Below, in pieces: positions 24,205 to 33,513 of a DNA stretch of 37,965 nt. The stretch's first letter is position 1; each line of letters begins with the position of its first letter. The stretch is from Microgenomates group bacterium (GTDB taxonomy: Bacteria; Patescibacteriota; Microgenomatia; UBA1400; UBA12108), in assembly GCA_049286965.1 (NCBI GenBank), contig JBAQEX010000049.1:1-37965 (forward strand), in the 5' to 3' direction. A program made the translations under genes and the position numbers. The notes below the pieces were generated by a model. That model made no database searches. It was not told where the DNA came from and worked only from the letters and a program-made list of their open reading frames with translations.

Positions 24205-27200
24205 ATGGCAGAAAAGGAAAAACTAAGTGAGGTTAAAGAACTAGAGAAGATGGTGCGCTCTGGCGAAACGGATGCTGGCGGTGAAGATAAAGATGGACTT
24301 AAATTCTTGGAACAACTAATGGTATTTATGAAGTTGAAACTGCTTCGCAAAACAACTGAAACTGGCGAGGTAAAGAAGGAAACTTTAGATGGACTAGAAA
24401 AAGATTTACTTGGTTCAGATCAAGATAAAAAACAAAAAGCCAACACAAAACTAGAAGAATTATTAAAGAAGGTGGTGGGAATAGAGACTGGTATAGATGA
24501 ACAGCCGATTGACGTGTTGATTGCAAAGGCAAAAATGCCAAGTGATCAACGAGATCTAGCCACCTCTCTTGAGATGAGAGTTGTACATTTGAAAAATGGT
24601 GAGTATGCAGGTGACAAAAAGGCAGAAGCCGAATCTATAGCAAAAGGGTTTTTACAAATTGGTGAGAGTGTTGGAATTTTGAAAACTGGTGAGAAGACCA
24701 AAGAGCAAATAGTGACAAAATTGAACGCAGAACTAGCTGAGGTAAGTGAAATTAAGAGGCGGGTAGAAGTAGTAAAGGTGCAGGGTGAAATGAGCACCGA
24801 GAAGGGGGCCAAAGAAAGGGCAAGCGCGGCAAAAAGTAAATCTCTTGAATTTGTAAATAAGGAATTGAAAGATGGTGACAACAAACTAACAAAAGTGCGA
24901 CTTGGTAAGGGGGCTGATAGAGAAGGTCAGAAGTTACAAGGTGAAGTTAATAGATTATTGAAAATCGTGCAAGAGGATATGACTGGCCTTACCATAGAAC
25001 AACACCTTGGCACAAAAGAGTGTATTACCAGACTTTATGAAATAAACAGAATTTCTAAATTGGTGTCAAAGTTCGATTTCCCCAGAGAACTTGAAGATCA
25101 TCTATTTGAGATGCAGCTTCCATACATGGATAGACTAAAAAATACGTTGCAAGCTGATAAAGTTACAAATGGTGAACAAGTTTATGACTTTGTGAAAGAA
25201 ATTTGGTATTCCAAAAAGCTATTAAATCCAGACGAATTGAATGAAAAACTACATAGCATAGCAGGCGACTCTGGTAGGAACGAAAAGAAAAAAGGGAAGA
25301 AAGTGGTCCCGGCCGATGAACTATCTGAAAATAATGAAGATCCACTAGACTTTATCAATAAAACCCTGGGGCTTGACCAGCGAGAGAAGAGAATGCGTGG
25401 GGCCTTAATGGTTGAAAAGATTAAAGATATTATGGATGCCAACAATTTGGATATTCGTTCAATATCTAACACATTTAAGGGCCGCACGAGAGAAGAATTT
25501 GCTCAAGCAATGCAACATAATTATGGTTTTGATCAAGAGCAGGCCAATTTGTTTTATGACTCAATATTTAGTAATAGAGCAGCGGTAAGAAATGAAACTT
25601 TTAATGATTTTATAAATAGGAAAGATTATAAAGGATATACAGGCGCCTTGATATCGTATTTGTCCAAAGTAGGACTACGAGAGGGAATGAATGATTTGGA
25701 ACTAATGAGTCTCATGAATAGCGCCAGAATCACACTTGCTGAGGCTGGACCAGAGGGAGAGAGGCTACTAGAGGTATTTAAGTCATTTGAGAGCATGGCC
25801 TTTTTCCATGATAAATATTTTAACCTTGGGGCAAAGGAATATGCAGAAATACTCAATCATTTGGGGGATGGGCCGCTATGGGTTTGGTTGCAAGAGCACG
25901 CAGACGTGCTTCGAGAAGAGATAACCTTTAAGGAGGGCTCAAGGAAAGGGGAAAAGGCCAGCATATCGGTTTTAGAGTTCCATGACATGATGCAGTCACA
26001 GTACTGGGCAAAGAGGCTAGCTTATACCGCACCAATCAGAGAGTCTGAGCTGTTTGACGAAATGATGTACAGCCATTTACTGAACGGAGATGAGCCAATC
26101 AAAATCATGGAAAATGGAGACATTTTTGACATGAATAAAAAATTATTAGGGAATAAAAATCAGGAAGTCTCGGTGGATGGTGGTGATCCTATAAAAATGA
26201 GCGTATTGACGCTGGACTCTAGATGGAAAGTGGGGACAGCCCAGGATATATGGAGGTTTACGGGGCGCAATCTAAATATCCTCGATGACATAAATATTGC
26301 CACAGCACTAGGGGTAAACAAAGGGCTACTGGGGATCAGCAAAATTTGTAGATATAGCGAGCAATATGAGTTTATTAGTTCTTATCAACACGAGATTATG
26401 GGAGCAGACACATTCCTTTATGACTTTGATTGGTACAAAAACACCTTTGGTAAAGGAATGAAAAAACTAATTGGAGAAGCTGGAATTGAACCCAAACAAG
26501 CTGAGTTGATACAAAAAATTATTTCTAAACACATCATGAGCAAAAGGCGAGTGGGGGAAGAAGTGTTTGATGGTAGTAATCTTGCGATGGAAGACGTGAA
26601 GCTACTAGCCAATGGTACAAAACTAATGACTTTTGATGAAGCAAAAGCTGAATATCTAGGTAGACTAGCCAAAAGAGGGGAAAAGATTTCGAATATCCAC
26701 ATAGATCCAACCGATGCAAATGATAAATATGCGATGCAAGTCAATTTGCTGATGGAAAAATGGAACGACAACGCATTTAGCGCAGAGGAAATGGCCCAAA
26801 TCAACGCTTTGCCCTGGGATAAAATCAACAAAATTTATGCAAAGCGGTTAGGAAAAGAAAGTATTGGGAATGATTTTTCGAGTTTCATAAATAATTTTTC
26901 ATATGCGCGCATTTCAGAATACGTTGATTCACTGCGTGGCACTGATATGAAGGATTATGGTGGATACTACGCTATTGCAGCTGAAGCAGTGGCTGGCGCG
27001 ATCAAGGCAGGCCTCTCAAATGGGTCTTCTGAGGCACTAGCCAAGATGATAGGTGCCATGGAGACTTACCACCCCTATGACGCCAATGGCCTAAATAGAC
27101 TAGGCATGGCAATGTGGGAACAGATACTTACGTGGCGCACTCACAAGCTGACTAGAAGAGTGCCGGTCAAATCGGGGGGGTATATTTTGCCAAATGGTGA

Positions 27201-27528
27201 CTTGATGGTGAACAAATATGGTAGGTGGGAAAAAGAGATGAAAACGGAAGTTTTCTTCCCCGGAGAAAGTTTGATGAGTAGATATAAATACTTGGAGACA
27301 TGGGGATTTGAGGATGTAGAGATGTCTATGCGATTCTTGGTAGGTAAAGGAATTTTTACAAGAAAAGATGGGGATGCAATTTTGAAGAGAAAGTATGGAA
27401 ACGCACTTTGGCGATGGATACGTAGATCAATACAATTAAATGATTGGGAATATTTCTGGATCCAACTAGAGAAGGATGGAAACAAAGAACTACAGAGTAT
27501 CTTTAAGTATGTATTTTCTGCGAAATAA
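24205..27528 (+). CDS. Large (about 1107 aa) soluble Lys/Glu-rich hypothetical protein, opposite strand to the rest of the cluster
   Basis: Uninterrupted 3.3-kb ORF in AT-rich DNA. No TM, signal peptide or recognisable domain. The ORF-track start 24199 is TTG; ATG at 24205 (MAEKEKL). Confidence 0.7.
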   Translation: MAEKEKLSEVKELEKMVRSGETDAGGEDKDGLKFLEQLMVFMKLKLLRKTTETGEVKKETLDGLEKDLLGSDQDKKQKANTKLEELLKKVVGIETGIDEQPIDVLIAKAKMPSDQRDLATSLEMRVVHLKNGEYAGDKKAEAESIAKGFLQIGESVGILKTGEKTKEQIVTKLNAELAEVSEIKRRVEVVKVQGEMSTEKGAKERASAAKSKSLEFVNKELKDGDNKLTKVRLGKGADREGQKLQGEVNRLLKIVQEDMTGLTIEQHLGTKECITRLYEINRISKLVSKFDFPRELEDHLFEMQLPYMDRLKNTLQADKVTNGEQVYDFVKEIWYSKKLLNPDELNEKLHSIAGDSGRNEKKKGKKVVPADELSENNEDPLDFINKTLGLDQREKRMRGALMVEKIKDIMDANNLDIRSISNTFKGRTREEFAQAMQHNYGFDQEQANLFYDSIFSNRAAVRNETFNDFINRKDYKGYTGALISYLSKVGLREGMNDLELMSLMNSARITLAEAGPEGERLLEVFKSFESMAFFHDKYFNLGAKEYAEILNHLGDGPLWVWLQEHADVLREEITFKEGSRKGEKASISVLEFHDMMQSQYWAKRLAYTAPIRESELFDEMMYSHLLNGDEPIKIMENGDIFDMNKKLLGNKNQEVSVDGGDPIKMSVLTLDSRWKVGTAQDIWRFTGRNLNILDDINIATALGVNKGLLGISKICRYSEQYEFISSYQHEIMGADTFLYDFDWYKNTFGKGMKKLIGEAGIEPKQAELIQKIISKHIMSKRRVGEEVFDGSNLAMEDVKLLANGTKLMTFDEAKAEYLGRLAKRGEKISNIHIDPTDANDKYAMQVNLLMEKWNDNAFSAEEMAQINALPWDKINKIYAKRLGKESIGNDFSSFINNFSYARISEYVDSLRGTDMKDYGGYYAIAAEAVAGAIKAGLSNGSSEALAKMIGAMETYHPYDANGLNRLGMAMWEQILTWRTHKLTRRVPVKSGGYILPNGDLMVNKYGRWEKEMKTEVFFPGESLMSRYKYLETWGFEDVEMSMRFLVGKGIFTRKDGDAILKRKYGNALWRWIRRSIQLNDWEYFWIQLEKDGNKELQSIFKYVFSAK

Positions 27529-27543
27529 TTAATTCTCGGTTTT

Positions 27544-29064
27544 CTATTTTGATCTTTCTCCAGGTCCAAACGCTGATCCACTAATCCCTGGGGCGCGGAT
27601 TTGTCCGGCCAACATCTTGGATTGTAGGCGGGCCGCGCGTTCTTGTTGGAGACTGGAAATGTAGGCTTTTGGTAGGTATGAAGCAGCGCCATAACCCTGG
27701 CCAAGACCAGCCATGATCTCGGAGGTGTATTTGCTCTGCTCGACCTTGAGGGCGTCACGAGTCATCTGAGCAGCAACGGGAACCATCATAATGATGAATA
27801 CTCCAAGTAATGCCATAAAAGTTTCTTGAATGCTTGCTGGGACATCAACGTCAGATGTATCAATAAATGTCAAAAATGGCGGAACCCACTTACTAGAACT
27901 ATTACCATCTGCTTGGAGGATACCAACTCCAGTGTTGACAGTAAATGGATTAGAATCATTTGCGTTTAGAGCCAACTTTTCTGTTCCAGGACCCATGAGG
28001 ATAGCTCCAAACAGGAGCATGGCCAGAACTGTGGGGAAGACGGCGGCATTGGCCAATAGATTGCGAATCCAGTTTGAGAATGATTTAGAACCAGGAATGC
28101 CATTCATGAGTAGTTGTAGAGGAGAGACAACTGTAAGCACAATGATCATAAAATATGACTGCATTAGCTGCCAAAGTGTTTTAAACATTCCAATTAAAAT
28201 TCCAAGTCCGATAACTGCAAAGGCTATGGGTTTGGAGATGCCACCGATCTTGTCCAGTCCACTGGCATCTGTCACTTGTTGGGCGAACCCTGATATTGCC
28301 CTGGCAGCGATAGCCTGGACTGCGTCTTTGCCATGAAGCATTGAATACATAATATTGGTATTTAGAACCTTGTCCATGACGCTGCCGGCATCTTTGATTA
28401 AATTTGATGCTTGTGCAATATAGACGATCAAATACATTGACAGGTAGATTAAATCAATCACAAATCCTGCAATTGCGTAGGAAAAAGTAATAAGGAGGAG
28501 AGTGACTAGAAGATTTGGAAGACTATTTTGGATAGAAATGATGGTTTGTGCATTGATTTTCGTCCTCAGCATAATCATGACACCAATGACCAGGAAGATG
28601 ATGATATAGAGAGAGTAGGCTAGATTGCGAAAAGCCTTCCAGATTTGTAATACGGGTGATAATGCCTTATATCCGATGCCTTGAGCTTGTACTTTGGTGA
28701 ACCCTGGGAGACCAATATTGTTGCCTAGATCTGCAACGTATTCACTGCTAGAAATGGGTGGGACCATAAGGGCGGTTGTTACAAAGTTTGTTATTCGCGG
28801 AGTGATGCCTTCTACAGCTTGTTTTCCATCGGATGAAGGGGAGTATCCAACTATATATTTTTCTTGAGACATGGATTCTGAACTGACAACTTGACCAATA
28901 TCTGATTCAGACGAGCATCCGCTTATACTACAACCTACCGCATAAGTATAAGTTTCAAATAGTCCGCGACTAGGGGCGACAGTGCCTGTGGCGGCAAAAG
29001 TGTTTTTGGTCGATAAAGCGAGGCCTAGGAAGATGATGAGGGTAGAGAAAAAGAGCTTTTTCAT
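27544..29064 (-). CDS. VirB6/TrbL-like polytopic membrane protein
   Basis: Signal peptide MKKLFFSTLIIFLGLALSTKNTFA. Multiple TM helices over about 350 aa with a hydrophilic C-terminal tail. Position inside the T4SS-like cluster. TACAAT lies 6 nt upstream of the ATG. Confidence 0.55.
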   Translation of the reverse strand: MKKLFFSTLIIFLGLALSTKNTFAATGTVAPSRGLFETYTYAVGCSISGCSSESDIGQVVSSESMSQEKYIVGYSPSSDGKQAVEGITPRITNFVTTALMVPPISSSEYVADLGNNIGLPGFTKVQAQGIGYKALSPVLQIWKAFRNLAYSLYIIIFLVIGVMIMLRTKINAQTIISIQNSLPNLLVTLLLITFSYAIAGFVIDLIYLSMYLIVYIAQASNLIKDAGSVMDKVLNTNIMYSMLHGKDAVQAIAARAISGFAQQVTDASGLDKIGGISKPIAFAVIGLGILIGMFKTLWQLMQSYFMIIVLTVVSPLQLLMNGIPGSKSFSNWIRNLLANAAVFPTVLAMLLFGAILMGPGTEKLALNANDSNPFTVNTGVGILQADGNSSSKWVPPFLTFIDTSDVDVPASIQETFMALLGVFIIMMVPVAAQMTRDALKVEQSKYTSEIMAGLGQGYGAASYLPKAYISSLQQERAARLQSKMLAGQIRAPGISGSAFGPGERSK

Positions 29065-29085
29065 AAGGGTATTGTACTAGATTTT

Positions 29086-31389
29086 TTAATTACCCGCACA
29101 GGTTTTTGGCGCTCCGATTGGAGGCAATGGAGAAGGACAGTTTCTGGCGTATTCACAGATCCATTGTGCATATGGTTTGCCCTTCATGATTCCGCAACCA
29201 CTATAGGCATTGGTGGCTCGATAAAGTTCCGAGGTAGAGACATTGGCCTTGGTAGCATTACAGTCATATGATCCTGAATAATAACCATAGGCGTTGAGTT
29301 TTTGCAGAAGTGTCCTAGCTGCCAGCTCAAGACTACCCTCAAGGCTACAGCGTGAAATTTTAGTAACATCGGAACATTGTGATTTTTCAGCGGAGGCAGA
29401 GGGGAAACGCTCATTGTCACAAGTCGCCAATTTGTAGGCAGAAGCAGATATCTGAAGCGGCCCCATGACTTTATAATCTGTCTCTTCAACACAAGCTGAT
29501 CCCATTTTGGCTGTCGCCCCTTCATACATAAACATTCCTTCAAGCCATTTACCTGGGATACCATACTTGCTGCCAACACGGTTTGCAGCATCTGATATTT
29601 CAGCAGCTGTAGGGGTAGAGCTACAAATAGAACCAGATGATCCAGAACTAGGTAAACCACAAGTATTTGTGGCGGTGCCGAGGGCTACCATGCTGGGAGT
29701 ATTGGCATAATCTTTGCGATCTGGACCTTTACAGGCCAAGAAGGTTGAGAAGTTGTATTTGATAGTATTTGAAGTGCGATCATTTAGAGGGAAAAATTCT
29801 CCACCCTCAGTTCCGACTGCATTGACCGCTGAGTTGGTGAGATAAGTATTTTTGGCTAGCTCGGTACTGGCGGTGAGGATCTCATAAGAAGGTTTTTCTA
29901 GATATCTTTCGGCTTGGGACCAAAAATCTCCTACCATACCGGTCCTTACTTTAATATCTAGAAAGCTGAGAACTGCATCGGTGGCGATTGCAAAGATGGA
30001 TGGCTTAGATTCTGTGCTTATGGCGCTGGCGTCTTGGATGTCTATATTTTCCTCTGAATATTTGGGCATCCTGGGAGGAGGAAGAACATTATTGTAATAA
30101 ATATTTGGATAATCTAAAATTTGTCCAAATTGCATGGCCACTAAAGGAGTATATTTTGTAATGGTTTTACCAGAGGCCTTATTAGCACCATATACTAGTT
30201 GAGTGGGAAGATATTTAGGCTCTGTAAAAGACTGGGTGAAATAATGTGAAATGAATGGGATGCTCTTACCCATTTCTGACAATATTTTATCTCCGTTTCC
30301 ACTTGGGTTCATAAAAGTTGCGTCAATAATCCTACCCTCTGTACCTTGTCTGGAAGCCAAATTGTCGACAATAGTTCCTTTGTTAAATGGAATATTTAGA
30401 GGACCTAGTGGCACAACAACTGAGCCAATGGCTAAGCCTGGAGCGCTTGTGTTGTTTGGGTAGAGAGGAGTACAGTCAAAATATTTAATCCAATCTTCCC
30501 CAGCCAATTTATCTTGCTGGTACAGATAGTACCACTGAGCAAACCAAGTGCTTTTGCGGAGGTAGCTGGGGACGGGGGGGAGATCTCCCCGCGAATCATC
30601 GGATTCTGTTTCCCAGATATGTTTATAGCTAGGCGGCTTCATTTCGTCTGGGAGTTTACTTTTGTAGAGATCTAAGAGGTTGATGGTACTACCATCTATT
30701 TGGAGTTCTTCTAGCCAGTTGATACCACCGATTGGCATCTCTTTATCTATGTTCCCCTTGCTTTGATAAGTGATAGAGGTGGCATAAGCGCGCCACAAGA
30801 GGCTCAACTTGAGCTTGGCTTGGATATTCCCAGGTAGGAGGAGATCGTGGGCGCCGTATGCCAAGTTGTTGGTGGTACCGCTACACTGGCTAGCGGAAAA
30901 CAGGTGATTGTAGCTTTGCCACCCTGGCACCGGTAGATTGTCTATACCACTACTGTCTGAACCTAAAAAATTTGGCTTGTAATTGATAGGTTTTTGAAAA
31001 TTGCACGTACCAACAGTGGAGGAGTCATCATCTGGATAAGTTTTCTGGCAACTGCCAGACACGGGTACATCTTTGACGGCGTTGTTTTGGAGGGGATACT
31101 GGATTTTGGCTACAGCTTTGCAGGCATTGGGGTCCGTGGTGATGCAGGCGGATCCACCCAATTCTGCCTCGTTTAGGACAATAGTCGGTTCTGGGGCACC
31201 CAGATCACCGTGTGGTAGAACTTCTAGATCTTGATCGGCCATGTAGCCAGTGAGCATTTGGGTATAGATATCGACGTTGTAATTGGTTTCTGGTTGAGTG
31301 GCAAAGATAGTCCGTGGGGACGTGCCCAATAAACAAGTTAGTCCAAAAACAGTGAGGATAATTTGCAGGACCCTAGATCTAGTAACCAT
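29086..31389 (-). CDS. 767-aa secreted Cys-rich protein with C-terminal lytic-transglycosylase (SLT)-like region
   Basis: Signal peptide (VLQIILTVFGLTCLLGTSPRTIFA). About 20 Cys residues. C-terminus GIPGKWLEGMFMYEGATAKMGS..VMGPLQISASAY..ATNAYSGCG resembles the SLT E-S / GLMQ / AYNxG pattern. Confidence 0.45.
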   Translation of the reverse strand: MVTRSRVLQIILTVFGLTCLLGTSPRTIFATQPETNYNVDIYTQMLTGYMADQDLEVLPHGDLGAPEPTIVLNEAELGGSACITTDPNACKAVAKIQYPLQNNAVKDVPVSGSCQKTYPDDDSSTVGTCNFQKPINYKPNFLGSDSSGIDNLPVPGWQSYNHLFSASQCSGTTNNLAYGAHDLLLPGNIQAKLKLSLLWRAYATSITYQSKGNIDKEMPIGGINWLEELQIDGSTINLLDLYKSKLPDEMKPPSYKHIWETESDDSRGDLPPVPSYLRKSTWFAQWYYLYQQDKLAGEDWIKYFDCTPLYPNNTSAPGLAIGSVVVPLGPLNIPFNKGTIVDNLASRQGTEGRIIDATFMNPSGNGDKILSEMGKSIPFISHYFTQSFTEPKYLPTQLVYGANKASGKTITKYTPLVAMQFGQILDYPNIYYNNVLPPPRMPKYSEENIDIQDASAISTESKPSIFAIATDAVLSFLDIKVRTGMVGDFWSQAERYLEKPSYEILTASTELAKNTYLTNSAVNAVGTEGGEFFPLNDRTSNTIKYNFSTFLACKGPDRKDYANTPSMVALGTATNTCGLPSSGSSGSICSSTPTAAEISDAANRVGSKYGIPGKWLEGMFMYEGATAKMGSACVEETDYKVMGPLQISASAYKLATCDNERFPSASAEKSQCSDVTKISRCSLEGSLELAARTLLQKLNAYGYYSGSYDCNATKANVSTSELYRATNAYSGCGIMKGKPYAQWICEYARNCPSPLPPIGAPKTCAGN

Positions 31390-31391
31390 AT

Positions 31392-31673
31392 CTATAGACC
31401 AAGCTTAAAGTTTGTTACTCTTGCACCGGTTATATTTTCAATTAAAAGGAGTATTAACCAGCTGCCTATGGCCATGGCAATGCCAGCGATGGCTCCACCC
31501 ATAATTGCCTTGCCTTTTTTCATAGAGTCAGGGTTGCCGGCTCCTGCGAGAAAGGTGAATCCGCCCACGAGAATCATAATGAATGAGATGATGCCAATGA
31601 GGGGGATGATGGCAATCAAAACATTTCCGATGTATTTAGACAAATCTGTGATTTGAGCTGCATCTTCGTTCAT
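31392..31673 (-). CDS. T4SS pilin-like small membrane protein (paralog 7, divergent)
   Basis: Two hydrophobic helices flanking LVGGFTFLAGAGNPDSMKKGKAIMGGAIAGIAMAIGSW. TATAAT (31680-31685, minus strand) lies 6 nt upstream of the ATG. Confidence 0.6.
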   Translation of the reverse strand: MNEDAAQITDLSKYIGNVLIAIIPLIGIISFIMILVGGFTFLAGAGNPDSMKKGKAIMGGAIAGIAMAIGSWLILLLIENITGARVTNFKLGL

Positions 31674-31691
31674 GGTCTCATTATAACAAAC

Positions 31692-31717
31692 AAAAAGTCC
31701 CCTTGCGGGGACTTTTT
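31692..31717 (-). terminator. Rho-independent terminator after the six-gene pilin array
   Basis: AAAAAGTCCCC-TTGC-GGGGACTTTTT. On the minus strand the GC stem is followed by TTTTTGTTTGTT. Confidence 0.8.
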
Positions 31718-31738
31718 GAATATAAATAACTCAAAGAC

Positions 31739-32089
31739 TTAGTAGGCTTTGGGAGGGGTGATGTTGCCACCCAAGATGTCGATACCAAAGAAGTACTGGA
31801 TGATGAGCATGACTGCCCAGGCAGAGGCTACGACTGCGAGACCCACTAGTGCAGCGGTGATGCGATCGCGAGCTTCTTGAGTTTTGCCTTTGTCTCCACC
31901 TGAACTAATCCATTGGATGCCACCCCAAATGAGGAAAGCAAAAACCATGAGGGCTGAAACTAGGAGTGCTCCTTGGACGGCACCTTTAATGAGGGTACCA
32001 ATATTGGTGATTGCAACACCTTCTGGTTTGCTGATAGATAAGTCCGGAGCCGCTGGGGCTGCTTGGGCTAATTTGACTAGAAATGACAT
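31739..32089 (-). CDS. T4SS pilin-like protein (paralog 6)
   Basis: IWGGIQWISSGGDKGKTQEARDRITAALVGLAVVASAWAV core shared with paralogs. RBS AAGGAG. Confidence 0.7.
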   Translation of the reverse strand: MSFLVKLAQAAPAAPDLSISKPEGVAITNIGTLIKGAVQGALLVSALMVFAFLIWGGIQWISSGGDKGKTQEARDRITAALVGLAVVASAWAVMLIIQYFFGIDILGGNITPPKAY

Positions 32090-32127
32090 ATATTTATCTC
32101 CTTTTCTTAATATTAGTTTTTATTTTA

Positions 32128-32430
32128 TCATTTAGCAAGGCCGATACCAAAGAAATAGTCGATGAGGAGGTAAACGGCCCAGGCAGAGGCCACAATGGCC
32201 AGCCCTACAATCCCATTGGTTATTTTGCTTCTGGCTTCTTCGAGCTTGCCCTTGTCGCCGCCACTCATGATCCACTGGAGGCCGCCGTAAATTAAATACA
32301 TAAAAGTGGCAAGACCCGCGACTAAAATAATTGCAGAAAATGATTTGCTGACGAAAGTACCAAGGTCCGTATTGATCGCAACTCTTGACTTGGCTTCGTC
32401 ACCGATATTTATGTCAAATGTTTTTGCCAT
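32128..32430 (-). CDS. T4SS pilin-like protein (paralog 5)
   Basis: IYGGLQWIMSGGDKGKLEEARSKITNGIVGLAIVASAWAV. Confidence 0.7.
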   Translation of the reverse strand: MAKTFDINIGDEAKSRVAINTDLGTFVSKSFSAIILVAGLATFMYLIYGGLQWIMSGGDKGKLEEARSKITNGIVGLAIVASAWAVYLLIDYFFGIGLAK

Positions 32431-32434
32431 ATGA

Positions 32435-32776
32435 TTATCCTGTTGTGGGCCATTTAAAGTTTAATAAGTCCATGCCAATTGCGGTCTCGATGAATTTGAC
32501 GATGACATAGGAAGCAGCCAAGAGGGCTAAACCTACTAGGCCCTGGGTGATTTTGCCTCGAGCCTCTTCGATCTTGCCTTTGTCACCGCCAGCTGTGATC
32601 CAAGTGATACCACCGAGTAAGAGATAGAGTAGAAAGGCAAGTCCGCCCACCAGGATAATGGTCTGCCAGAGCGTGGCAATTGTGACGGCAAATTGCTGGG
32701 CTTGACCATCCCCAGATTTACCACCTCCTGGAACTGCTAGATTGGTGATTTGAGCAAAGGCTCGTTTAATAAGCAT
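32435..32776 (-). CDS. T4SS pilin-like protein (paralog 4)
   Basis: LLGGITWITAGGDKGKIEEARGKITQGLVGLALLAASYVI. Start trimmed to ATG 32776 (MLIKRAF), 4 nt after the upstream stop at 32781. Confidence 0.7.
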   Translation of the reverse strand: MLIKRAFAQITNLAVPGGGKSGDGQAQQFAVTIATLWQTIILVGGLAFLLYLLLGGITWITAGGDKGKIEEARGKITQGLVGLALLAASYVIVKFIETAIGMDLLNFKWPTTG

Positions 32777-32780
32777 ATAT

Positions 32781-33155
32781 TTATTGGAACTTGATAGCTC
32801 CCCCTGTAAGTATTGCGGCAGGATTGAGTATATTGATCCCGAGCGCTTTACCAATGATCCAAGTAATTGAGTAAGAGAGGGCGATCACGATGAGGCCGAT
32901 TGCTCCATTTGTCATCATACCCTTGGCTTTGTCGATCTTGCCTTTGTCGCCGCCAGCCGTAATCCAGTTGAGACCACCCAAGAGGAAATAAAGTACGAAA
33001 GCGAGCCCAGCTACGATAGTAAGAACCACCAGAACATTACTGATAAGCCTTTCTATGGCACTGGCGGCACCACCTGCACCAACACCAGGTTGATATCCAC
33101 CTGGAGTAGTGATGGTGGTAAAGTCGATCCCACCGGCTGCTAAATATTTGGTCAT
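32781..33155 (-). CDS. T4SS pilin-like protein (paralog 3)
   Basis: LLGGLNWITAGGDKGKIDKAKGMMTNGAIGLIVIALSYSI. ATGA overlap with the upstream gene. Confidence 0.7.
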   Translation of the reverse strand: MTKYLAAGGIDFTTITTPGGYQPGVGAGGAASAIERLISNVLVVLTIVAGLAFVLYFLLGGLNWITAGGDKGKIDKAKGMMTNGAIGLIVIALSYSITWIIGKALGINILNPAAILTGGAIKFQ

Positions 33156-33511
33156 CTTGTAAAACTCCCTGGCCCAATAATTTTAGGGGTAAGTATGGCG
33201 CTGGCGCTGCCAAATAATACATAAGAAACTATGCCAGTGACGGCGGCTGCAGCCACCATAACCACCAAGCCCATGAGAGACATATTGATGGACTGTGTTG
33301 CAGCGTCGATCTTTTTTTGATCTCCGCCGGCGGTAATAAAGCTAAATCCAGATATCATAAGATTGAAAAAGGCGTAGAGCCCGCCGGCGATAAAAATAAT
33401 AGTAATAATGTTTGAAATAAAAGAAGGGAGGCCGGTGTTTACATTGCCATAACCATTGGCACTAAATTTGCTGAGTGGATTGATGACTTCTGTACCAATT
33501 AATCCTGCCAT
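33152..33511 (-). CDS. T4SS pilin-like protein (paralog 2)
   Basis: MISGFSFITAGGDQKKIDAATQSINMSLMGLVVMVAAAAV. Confidence 0.65.
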   Translation of the reverse strand: MAGLIGTEVINPLSKFSANGYGNVNTGLPSFISNIITIIFIAGGLYAFFNLMISGFSFITAGGDQKKIDAATQSINMSLMGLVVMVAAAAVTGIVSYVLFGSASAILTPKIIGPGSFTR

Positions 33512-33513
33512 AA

